Positions 56,144 to 64,000 of a stretch of DNA of 64,000 nucleotides are shown here, piece after piece (positions within the stretch are counted from its first letter, which is position 1; each line of letters begins with the position of its first letter). Under the pieces are notes generated by a model. The model ran no database searches. It had not been told where the DNA came from and saw only the letters and a list, made by a program, of their open reading frames with translations. The translations under genes were made by a program, and so were the position numbers. Origin of the DNA: an uncultured Candidatus Rokubacteria bacterium (GTDB taxonomy: Bacteria > Methylomirabilota > Methylomirabilia > Rokubacteriales > DASRDR01); the NCBI GenBank assembly GCA_963708025.1, contig CAVPSB010000049.1:128001-192000 (forward strand), read 5' to 3'.

Positions 56144-57702
56144 CCGGGGCGGCCCCCGCCGTCGCTCTCAGCGGGATCCGCAAGTCCTTTCCCGGGGTCC
56201 GCGCCAACGACGGCGTGGACCTGGAGGTCCGGGACGGCGAGGTCCACGCGCTGCTCGGCGAGAACGGCGCCGGCAAGACGACGCTGACCAGCATCCTGGT
56301 GGGGTTGTACCAGCCGGATGCGGGGACCATCCGGGTGGACGGGCGGGTCGTCGAGCTTCGCTCGCCCCGAGACGCCTACCGCCACGGCATCGGCATGGTG
56401 CACCAGCACTTCCGCCTGGTGCCGTCCTTCACCGTCGCCGAGAACGTGCTCCTCGGCCTGGCCGCCGGGCGGCGCCCGGGGTGGCGCCTGCGGATCCGCG
56501 ACCATCGAGTCCACGTGGCGGAGGTCGCCCGGCAGTTCGATCTGCCCGTCGACGTTGACGCCCCGGTGTGGCAGCTCTCGGTCGGCCAGCAGCAGCGCGT
56601 CGAGATCGTGAAGATGCTCTACCGCGGCGTTCGGGTGCTGATCCTCGACGAGCCCACCGCCGCCCTGACCCCACAGGAGGCGCGCGCGCTCTTCGTGACG
56701 CTCCGGGCCATGGCGGCCCAGGGCCGGGCGGTCGTCTTCATCTCCCACAAGCTCGACGAGGTGATGTCGGTGGCCGACCGGATCTCGGTGATGCGCCGGG
56801 GACGGCGAGTGGCCACGCTCCGGCCCGCCGAGACGGATCCCCGCCGGCTCGCCGCGCTGATGATCGGCGGCGACCTCGAGGACGCCGAGTCCCCGCGCGC
56901 GGCGCCGCCGACCGCGCCGGCGGCGTCCGGGCCGCCCGCGCTGGCGTGCGAGGGGCTCTGGGTCGCGGGCGATCACGGCCGGCCCGCCGTTCGGGGGGTG
57001 ACCCTGGCGGTCCACGCCGGCGAGACGGTCGGGATCGCCGGGGTCGCCGGCAACGGCCAGCGCGAGCTGGCCGAGGCGCTGGCCGGCATGCGCGCGGTGA
57101 TCCGGGGTCGCATCACGCTCGACGGGCGCGACATCACCACGCTGCCGGTCCGGGCGCGGATCGAGCGCGGTCTGGGCTACCTGCCCGGCGATCGTCGCCG
57201 GGTCGGGATGGCGCCCGACCTCTCCGTCGCCCAGAACCTGGCGCTGAAATCGTTCCGGCAGCCGCGCTTCGGCTCTGCGCTGTGGCAGGACCGCGGCGCC
57301 GTTCGACGCGAGGCCACCCGACTCATGGCGGAGTTCCGGATCACCGGCGCCGGGCCCGACGCCCCGGTCGGCGTCCTCTCGGGCGGTAACCTGCAAAAGG
57401 TGCTGCTGGCGCGCGAGCTGACCCTGCCCGGGCACGCGCTGGTCGCCGAGTCCCCAACCCGGGGGCTGGACGTGGGCGCCACCCGCTTCGTGCACGACGC
57501 GCTCCGCGCGGCGGCCCGCGCCGGCCGGGCCATCCTGCTCGTCTCCGAGGACCTGGACGAGCTGCTCCTGCTCTCGGACCGGGTCGCGGTGATGTTCGGC
57601 GGCGAGCTGATGGGGGTGCTCGCCGCGGCGTCGGCCTCCCGCGAGCAGCTCGGCCTCCTGATGGCCGGCACCCGCGCCGAGCCAGCGTCCGAGCTCCCAT
57701 GA
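56140..57702 (+). CDS. ABC transporter ATP-binding protein (two NBDs)
   Basis: GENGAGKT, HQHF, LSVGQQQR, ILDEPT, GVAGNGQ, LSGGNLQK, PTRGLD. Confidence 0.92.
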   Translation: MTGAAPAVALSGIRKSFPGVRANDGVDLEVRDGEVHALLGENGAGKTTLTSILVGLYQPDAGTIRVDGRVVELRSPRDAYRHGIGMVHQHFRLVPSFTVAENVLLGLAAGRRPGWRLRIRDHRVHVAEVARQFDLPVDVDAPVWQLSVGQQQRVEIVKMLYRGVRVLILDEPTAALTPQEARALFVTLRAMAAQGRAVVFISHKLDEVMSVADRISVMRRGRRVATLRPAETDPRRLAALMIGGDLEDAESPRAAPPTAPAASGPPALACEGLWVAGDHGRPAVRGVTLAVHAGETVGIAGVAGNGQRELAEALAGMRAVIRGRITLDGRDITTLPVRARIERGLGYLPGDRRRVGMAPDLSVAQNLALKSFRQPRFGSALWQDRGAVRREATRLMAEFRITGAGPDAPVGVLSGGNLQKVLLARELTLPGHALVAESPTRGLDVGATRFVHDALRAAARAGRAILLVSEDLDELLLLSDRVAVMFGGELMGVLAAASASREQLGLLMAGTRAEPASELP

Positions 57703-57800
57703 GGCAATCGCCTGGCTCGGGCAGCGTGGATCTGTCGGGGGCCGGCTCCCCTCCCCCCGGCAGGTGGGGAGGGGTCGGGGGTGGGGGGGGTCTCGAATGA
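57699..57800 (+). repeat. Degenerate family A copy flanked by an ATGA duplication
   Basis: CCGGCTCCCCTCCCCCCGGCAGGTGGGGAGGGGTCGGGGGTGGGGGGGGTCTCGA matches the reverse complement of family A; ATGA at 57699 and 57797. Confidence 0.65.
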
Positions 57801-58933
57801 TCCGGGTCCAGCCCCGGCTGGCGGCGTCGGCCCGGCACCTGGGGCTGGTGTGGCTCGCCTCGCTCGCCTGCGCCCTCGGGGTCGGCGCGCTCCTGCTCGC
57901 CGCGGCCGGCGTCCCGCCGCTTCCCGCCTACGCGGAGATGCTCGGGGAGGCCTTCGCAACCCGATACGGGTTCTCCGAGACCCTCGTCAAGGCGACGCCG
58001 CTCCTCCTCTGTGGGCTCGGGCTCGGGCTGGCGTTCCGGATGGGCTTCTGGAACATCGGCGCCGAGGGCCAGCTCTACCTGGGCGCCGCGGCCGCGACCG
58101 CGGTCGCCGCCTGGCCGCTGCCGGTGGAGACGGCGTGGCTGCGCCTGCCGTGCATGGCGGCCGCCGCCCTGCTCGCCGGCGCCGCCTGGGGGCTCGTGCC
58201 CGCGCTGCTCAAGCTCGGCCGCCAGGTCAACGAGATCGTCTCGAGCCTCCTCCTCAACTACGTCGCGATCGCCCTCGTCGGCTACCTCGTCTATGGCCCC
58301 TGGAAGGACCCGGCCTCCTCCAACTTCCCGATGACCGCGGTGATCTCGCCCTCGGCGCGCCTGCCGCGCTTCAGCGACCTCCGCGTCAACGCGGGCCTGG
58401 CGCTCGCGCTGGCGGCGCTCGCGCTGGTCTACATCCTCCAGGAGCGAAGCCGCCTGGGATTCGCGATCCGCGTCATCGGGAGCAACCCCACCGCCGCCCG
58501 GTACGCCGGCCTCGACGTGGCCCGCACGACGCTCGTCGCGGTGGCGCTGAGCGGCGGGCTGGCCGGCCTGGCCGGCCTGGTGGAGGTGGCGGGGCTCCAG
58601 CACCGGCTGATCCCCGCCCTCTCGCCGGGCTACGGCTACACGGCGATCATCGTCGCCTGGCTCGGGCGGCTCCACCCGGTGGGCATCGGGCTCGCCGCCG
58701 TTCTCCTCGGCGGGCTCTTCTCCGGGGGCGAGGTGCTCCAGATCATGCGGCAGCTCCCGGTCTCGGTCGTGTTCATGTTCCAGGGCCTGCTCCTGCTCGC
58801 CTTCCTCGCCGGCGACCTCTTCACCCGGTACCGGGTCACGTGGCGGCCGGCCGCCGCCCTCCCGGTCGGGGACCCTGCCGTCCCGGCGCCGAAGGAGATG
58901 GCGCCGGAAGCGCCGGTCCCGCCGGAGCGGTGA
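57797..58933 (+). CDS. ABC transporter permease
   Basis: TLVKATPL, WNIGAEGQ, NEIVSSLLLNY, GYGYTAIIVAWL. Confidence 0.9.
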   Translation: MIRVQPRLAASARHLGLVWLASLACALGVGALLLAAAGVPPLPAYAEMLGEAFATRYGFSETLVKATPLLLCGLGLGLAFRMGFWNIGAEGQLYLGAAAATAVAAWPLPVETAWLRLPCMAAAALLAGAAWGLVPALLKLGRQVNEIVSSLLLNYVAIALVGYLVYGPWKDPASSNFPMTAVISPSARLPRFSDLRVNAGLALALAALALVYILQERSRLGFAIRVIGSNPTAARYAGLDVARTTLVAVALSGGLAGLAGLVEVAGLQHRLIPALSPGYGYTAIIVAWLGRLHPVGIGLAAVLLGGLFSGGEVLQIMRQLPVSVVFMFQGLLLLAFLAGDLFTRYRVTWRPAAALPVGDPAVPAPKEMAPEAPVPPER

Positions 58934-58946
58934 GCCGGGAGCCCGA

Positions 58947-59879
58947 GTGGACATCCTCCTGGTGACCTCCATCGTCACCGCGGCGGTCCGCGCCGGCACG
59001 GCGCTCCTCCTACCGGCGCTCGGCGAGATCGTGACCGAGCGGGCCGGCGTGCTCAACCTGGGGCTGGAGGGGCTGATGCTGGTGGGCGCGCTCACCGGCT
59101 TCGCGGTCACGCTCGGCTCGGGCAGCGTGGTGGGCGGCCTCCTGGCCGCCGCGGCCGCCGGCGGGCTCCTGGCCCTCGTGCACGCCGTCTCGAGCGTCAC
59201 CCTCCGCGCCAACCAGGTCGTGTCCGGGCTGGCGCTCGTGTTCCTCGCGACGGGCGTGACCGACCTCTTCGGCCGGCGCTTCGTCGGCCAGACCGTCGAG
59301 GGGCTGGCGCCCCTGCCGGTGCCCCTCCTCGCCGACCTACCCGTGCTCGGCCCGGCGCTCTTCCGCCACGACGCCATCGTGTACGCCGGGTACCTGCTCG
59401 TGCCCGCGCTCTGGTACGTGCTCTACCACACCCGCGTCGGGCTCCATCTCCGCGCGGTGGGCGAGAGCCCGGAGACGGCGGACGCGATGGGGGTCTCGGT
59501 CGCCGCCACCCGGTACGGGGCGACGCTCGTCGGCGGGATGCTGGCCGGTCTCGGCGGGGCGTACCTGTCGGTCGGCTACACGCACCTCTGGGTCTCCCAG
59601 ATGAGCGCGGGCCGCGGCTGGATCGCGCTGGCGCTCGTGATCTTCGCCGGCTGGAACCCCGTGCGAGCGTTCTTCGGCGCGGTCCTCTTCGGCGGGGTGG
59701 ACGCCCTCCAGTTCCGCTTGCAGGCGGCCGGCTCCCCCGTGCCCGGCCATCTGCTGCTCATGCTTCCCTACCTGGCCACCCTGACCGTGCTGGCGCTCGC
59801 CTCGACTGCCCACGCGCGCCGGCGCCTCGGCGTGCCTTCGGCGCTGGGGCTCCCTTACGCCCGCGAAGAACGCCGATGA
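58947..59879 (+). CDS. ABC transporter permease
   Basis: ERAGVLNLGLEG, ANQVVSG, GESP..AD.MG, GRGWIALALV, MLPY. Confidence 0.9.
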   Translation: MDILLVTSIVTAAVRAGTALLLPALGEIVTERAGVLNLGLEGLMLVGALTGFAVTLGSGSVVGGLLAAAAAGGLLALVHAVSSVTLRANQVVSGLALVFLATGVTDLFGRRFVGQTVEGLAPLPVPLLADLPVLGPALFRHDAIVYAGYLLVPALWYVLYHTRVGLHLRAVGESPETADAMGVSVAATRYGATLVGGMLAGLGGAYLSVGYTHLWVSQMSAGRGWIALALVIFAGWNPVRAFFGAVLFGGVDALQFRLQAAGSPVPGHLLLMLPYLATLTVLALASTAHARRRLGVPSALGLPYAREERR

Positions 59880-60145
59880 GCGGGCGGGGCCGATGAGCGT
59901 CGCAACGTCGATCTCGGTCGGGACGCGCTCGGCCTTCGGCGATCGGACGGCCTTCGGCCTGTGGGCGTCCGTCCCGACCTATGGTTGTCGTTCGGACGGC
60001 CTTCGGCCTATGGGGTCGTGGCCGATCCTCGGCGTACTCGGAGTACGCCTGCGGTCGGCGCCTCCCTGCGTCCATTGGACGGCCTTCGGCCTGTGGGCGC
60101 TGCTCGCTCCTCGACCCCGCCCCCGCCCCCGCGAACTTGACTCAT
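59880..60145 (+). repeat. Repeat family B copy with four nested hairpin modules, directly after the permease stop
   Basis: GCCGATGAGCGTCGCA...; GGACGGCCTTCGGCC at 59945, 59994 and 60077, plus a partial one at 59931. Confidence 0.88.
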
Positions 60146-60207
60146 CGGCTACGACTTTGATACGCCACAGAACCGAGAACGACGCCAGTCACCTGAAGAG
60201 GTGAGGA

Positions 60208-61392
60208 ATGGACCCGACCGTCACCGAGTGGCTCAACCTCGCGCTCCGCTGGTTCCACGTGATCGCCGCCATGGCCTGGATCGGCACCTCGCTCCACTTC
60301 ATGTGGCTCGACAGCGCGCTCGAGCCGCCCGCGAAGCCGCGCGAGGGTCTCGAAGGCGAGCTGTGGATGGTCCACAGCGGCGGGTTCTACCTCGTGGAGA
60401 AGCTCAAGCCCGGCCCGAACGCAATGCCGGCAACCCTGCACTGGTTCAAGTGGGAAGCCCTGCTGACCCTGGTCAGCGGTGTCAGCCTGCTCGGCGTCGC
60501 CTACTACCTGAGCGGCGGCGGCGCCCTGGTCGAGTCGGGCGGCGCGCGCCTCGGCGCCGGCACCGGGACCGCCCTCGCCCTCGGGCTCCTCGCCGCCGCC
60601 TGGCTCGGCTACGACCTCCTCTGGAACTCGCCGGTCGGCCGGCACCCGACGCTCGCCGCGGTCCTGTCGTGCACCGTCCTGGTGGCGATCGCCTTCGGCC
60701 TCGGCCGCGTCATGAGCGGCCGCGCGACCTTCGTCCACGTCGGCGCGATCCTCGGCACCCTGATGACGGCGAATGTCTGGATGCGGATCCTGCCCGCCCA
60801 GCGGGAGATGATCGCGGCGAGCCGGGCGGGCCGGATGCCGGACTTCACACTCGGCGCCCGTGCCAAGGTCCGCTCGGTCCATAACAGCTACATGACATTC
60901 CCGGTCGTCATCCTCATGCTCAGCAACCATTACCCAAGCCTGTACGGACACGAGCTGAACTGGGTCGCGCTCGCCCTCCTCCTCGTGCTGGGGGCCGGGA
61001 TCCGGCACGCCATGATCGCCTGGGACCGCTCGGGGCGCTGGGCGCTGGCGCCGGCGGCGGCCGCGCTGGCGGCGCTGGTCGTCATGACGGCCCCGGCAGC
61101 GTCCCACCCCGGGGCGGCGGCCGGCGAGCGGGTCTCGTTCGCCGCCGTCCGGGTCGTCCTCAACCAGCGCTGCCTGGGCTGCCACTCGGCGTTCCCCTCC
61201 GACCGGAGCTTCGGGCTCGCTCCCGGCGGCGTGAGCTTCGACGTCCCCGACCGCATCCCGGCGTTCGCCGAGCGGATCAAGCTCCGCGCCGTCGTCTCCC
61301 AGACGATGCCGCTCGCGAACAAGACCGGGATGACGACCGACGAGCGCGCGCTCCTCGCGCGCTGGATCGACCAGGGCGCCCGCCTGGAGTAG
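60208..61392 (+). CDS. puuD: Urate hydroxylase PuuD (membrane protein with cytochrome c domain)
   Basis: RWFHVIAA.AWIG.S, W.VHSGGFY, LHWFKWEA, MTANVW..I.P.Q, RSVHNSY.T.PV...MLSNHY, CLGCH, MPLAN.TGMT. Confidence 0.88.
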   Translation: MDPTVTEWLNLALRWFHVIAAMAWIGTSLHFMWLDSALEPPAKPREGLEGELWMVHSGGFYLVEKLKPGPNAMPATLHWFKWEALLTLVSGVSLLGVAYYLSGGGALVESGGARLGAGTGTALALGLLAAAWLGYDLLWNSPVGRHPTLAAVLSCTVLVAIAFGLGRVMSGRATFVHVGAILGTLMTANVWMRILPAQREMIAASRAGRMPDFTLGARAKVRSVHNSYMTFPVVILMLSNHYPSLYGHELNWVALALLLVLGAGIRHAMIAWDRSGRWALAPAAAALAALVVMTAPAASHPGAAAGERVSFAAVRVVLNQRCLGCHSAFPSDRSFGLAPGGVSFDVPDRIPAFAERIKLRAVVSQTMPLANKTGMTTDERALLARWIDQGARLE

Positions 61393-61421
61393 CCGGGCCG
61401 ACCGGTGGTACCCTCCGGCAA

Positions 61422-63128
61422 ATGGATCCAATGATCGAGAGTCGGCGTGTCGCTGTCCTGGAGACGGCCTCCCAGCTCATCGGCAGGGCCGTCGCCCTTC
61501 TCGGCTGCCTGGTGCTCCTGGGTTGGGCGCTCGACATACCCACCCTGAGGAACCCGCTGCCAGGCTCGGTCGCCATGAAGGCCAACACGGCGATGGCCTT
61601 CGTGCTCTCGGCCGTGCCCCTGGGGCTATGGCGTGACCGGAGGACGTGGAGGCACGCCATCGCTCGCGGGTGCGCCGCGCTTGTCGTGCTGGTCGGCGTC
61701 CTGACTCTCGCCGAGTACGCGTTCGGCTGGGACCTCCACATCGACGAGTGGCTCTTCCGCGACGCGGTGGGCGCACCGGGAGCCAGCCACCCGGGCCGGA
61801 TGGCTCCCTTGACGGCTCTCGGCTTCGTCCTGCTCGGGCTCGCGGAGATGACACTCGACCTCGCTCGAGCGGGCGCCCTCGGCCAATGGCTGGCCATCGC
61901 GGTTGGGTATCTCGGCGTGCTCAACCTGGTGGGCAATGCCTATCGGGCTCAAGGCCTCAGCCACCTCTACAGCCCTGCCTCGGCGTACACGGAAATGCCG
62001 CTGCTTACGGCCGGAGTGTTCGTCGTCGTCAGCGGCGCCGTGCTGTGCGCACGGCCCGACCGTGGAATGATGGCGATCGCGACGAGCCAGACCGCCGGTG
62101 GCGTGGTGGCCCGCCGTCTTCTCCCGGCCGCCCTCGGTCTGCCGCTCGTTCTCGGTTGGCTACGCTTGCTCGGCGAGCGCGCGGGCCTCTGGACCTTTCA
62201 GGCGGGGTGGGGACTGCTGGCCCTCTCCACGCTGACGGTGTTCGTGGTGATCGTGTGGCGGAGCGCCCGCGTGCTGCACCAGACCGACGGTCAGCGGCAG
62301 CAGGTGGAAGCGGCGCTGCGTCGGGCGCGTGATGATCTGGAGACCCAGGTGCAACAACGAACCCGGGACCTGAGCGAGACCGTTCACGCGCTGCAGGTGG
62401 AAGTAGACGAGCGCCAGCGAGTCGAGCAGGCTCTCCGGGAGAGTGAGCGGCGGTACCGGGACCTCGTCGATTCGAGCCGAGGGCTCATCTGCATCCACGA
62501 TCTCGATGGCACCGTGCTGTCCGTGAACCCGGCCGCGGCGCGGCTGCTCGGCTACACGGCGGCGGAGCTGGTCGGGAGAAACTTGCGCGAGATCCTGGCC
62601 CCGTCCGTCCAGCCTCTGTTTCCTCAGTACCTCGAGCGGATCCGCCAGGCGCCGGCGGATGAGGGCGTGATGCGAGTCGTCACCCGGGCCGGCGAGGAGC
62701 GTCTCTGGGCCTACAGCAACGTGCGGTACGAGGAGCCGGGGCGCCCACCCTATGTCCTGGGCCATGCGCAGGACATCACGGCGCTGAAGCGCGCCGAGCA
62801 CCTCGCGCGGCAGGCGGAGGCGCTCCGGTCAGTCGCTCAGCTGGCGAACGCCGCCGCTCATGAGATCAACAACCCGCTCGCGATCGTCGCCGGCCAGCTC
62901 GAGATGCTGAAAGGGCAGAGTTCGGACGATCCGGACACACTCACCAGGATCGAGAAGGCAAGGGCGGCCGTGCTTCGAATCCAGACGATCCTTGGAAGCA
63001 TGGCGAGAATCACACGACTCGAGCGCCTCGACTGGTCTCCGAATCTGCCGCCGCTGCTCGACTTGCGTCGATCGGGAGCCCCAGACGCCGATGGGACTTC
63101 GACTCCCGACGATGCCCCCCAGGCATAA
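61422..63128 (+). CDS. Membrane PAS-domain sensor with HisKA domain but no HATPase domain
   Basis: About 7 TM segments (MKANTA, PGRMA), coiled coil, PAS ending QDIT, AAHEINNPL, then stop without N/G1/G2 boxes. Confidence 0.8.
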   Translation: MDPMIESRRVAVLETASQLIGRAVALLGCLVLLGWALDIPTLRNPLPGSVAMKANTAMAFVLSAVPLGLWRDRRTWRHAIARGCAALVVLVGVLTLAEYAFGWDLHIDEWLFRDAVGAPGASHPGRMAPLTALGFVLLGLAEMTLDLARAGALGQWLAIAVGYLGVLNLVGNAYRAQGLSHLYSPASAYTEMPLLTAGVFVVVSGAVLCARPDRGMMAIATSQTAGGVVARRLLPAALGLPLVLGWLRLLGERAGLWTFQAGWGLLALSTLTVFVVIVWRSARVLHQTDGQRQQVEAALRRARDDLETQVQQRTRDLSETVHALQVEVDERQRVEQALRESERRYRDLVDSSRGLICIHDLDGTVLSVNPAAARLLGYTAAELVGRNLREILAPSVQPLFPQYLERIRQAPADEGVMRVVTRAGEERLWAYSNVRYEEPGRPPYVLGHAQDITALKRAEHLARQAEALRSVAQLANAAAHEINNPLAIVAGQLEMLKGQSSDDPDTLTRIEKARAAVLRIQTILGSMARITRLERLDWSPNLPPLLDLRRSGAPDADGTSTPDDAPQA

Positions 63129-63170
63129 GGCGCTGTGTCGACCTTCGGGATTGCGACGGGTCTGAAGGAG

Positions 63171-64000
63171 CTATGAACGGCCGCCGTGCTGTCGGGGCTG
63201 GCGCTTCAAGTCTTGGAGGTTCGAGGGCGCTAACGGGCCAGCACGCCTCTTGGACTCGGCTCGGGCCCCGGTGACGGAGCAGTTCGAGAGCGTCTCGAAT
63301 GCCGCCACCATGCGCGTCAGGACCAACCTCCTGACCGCCGCCCGAGGGTCAGGCCCGGCTCCGCCGCCCACGATCGTCGGGTTGGTGTTGATCTCCCACA
63401 CCTGAACCCGGCCGTCCAGGATCGCATAGTCCATGCGCCCATACTGAATCCGGGCCAGGGCGAAGATCTCCCTGAGCGTGTCCTCGTGAGGATTGTGCTC
63501 GACGTACTGGGCCTCCTCGCGCAGCAGCTCCGGATCTTTCAGGTCCGGGCTCTTCTGGACCCAGCACCGGCTGAACTGCAGACTCTTCGGGACGATCCGA
63601 TCACCCACGATGAACGCTCCGTGCTTCCGATAGATTCCCCGTGCGTCCACGGTATCGCAGAACTCCACGACGAGGAGTTCTTCCCGCCGGTCATCCGTGC
63701 GCTCGAAGGCGCAGATCGCGTCCACGAGCTCGTGCCGGCTCCTGAGCAGTGGCGTGATCGGCCCCCCGTGGTCGCTCTCGAGCCGGAGGAAGACCGGGTA
63801 TCGTTCCGGCCACCGCCCTTCGGTCACGCGATAGGCGTTGAACGTGTTGATGCCGCGCTCGTAGAGGTTGCGCAGCAACTCGTAGCGGCGCATCGAGCGG
63901 GTCGGGTGGTTCAGCAGGCGGCGACCCGGATCCGACTCGGCGAGGGTCCGCCACACGAACGCGGCACGCCGGGTCTCCTCGGGCGTGAGACTGTCGACAT
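63171..64000 (-). CDS. Hypothetical ATP-grasp-like protein, 5' end beyond window
   Basis: Frame open to the window edge; PVFLR.E.DH.G, EFCDT, YGRMDY.ILDG.VQVWEINTNP. Confidence 0.65.
   Translation of the reverse strand, partial: VDSLTPEETRRAAFVWRTLAESDPGRRLLNHPTRSMRRYELLRNLYERGINTFNAYRVTEGRWPERYPVFLRLESDHGGPITPLLRSRHELVDAICAFERTDDRREELLVVEFCDTVDARGIYRKHGAFIVGDRIVPKSLQFSRCWVQKSPDLKDPELLREEAQYVEHNPHEDTLREIFALARIQYGRMDYAILDGRVQVWEINTNPTIVGGGAGPDPRAAVRRLVLTRMVAAFETLSNCSVTGARAESKRRAGPLAPSNLQDLKRQPRQHGGRS

Noticed and set aside
60689-60702. GCCTTCGGCC inside puuD
   Set aside because: It encodes Ala-Phe-Gly-Leu in frame and lacks the GGACG head, so it is a chance partial match.

Overview
This is a very GC-rich bacterial window. 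Gene content and repeat style suggest Ca. Rokubacteria/Methylomirabilota, but that is inference only. It holds about 60 genes. Housekeeping genes include lysA, ychF, ackA, queF, clpS, sppA and a sirtuin. A class III polyhydroxyalkanoate cluster (phasin, phaR, phaB, phaJ, phaE, phaC) sits inside a large acyl-CoA metabolism region. There is also a form I aerobic CO dehydrogenase locus (coxMSL with AYRCSFR, coxG, XdhC/CoxF-YHS), two toxin-antitoxin pairs, a purine ABC transporter with puuD, and several gene relics. The most unusual signals are non-coding. Three families of ~90-260 bp repeats mostly start right at stop codons and are co-oriented with transcription. Removing two family A insertions, each flanked by a 4-bp duplication, restores GTGA/ATGA stop-start overlaps. 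A ~20-bp hairpin module has nested secondarily into two of the families. Other highlights are a promoter-associated structured ncRNA candidate, a candidate PhaR operator, an orphan RiPP-like precursor peptide, and a chemoreceptor fused to a TRAP DctP domain. Single-base frameshifts in phaB and coxMSL may be assembly errors. No rRNA, tRNA or CRISPR array could be supported.
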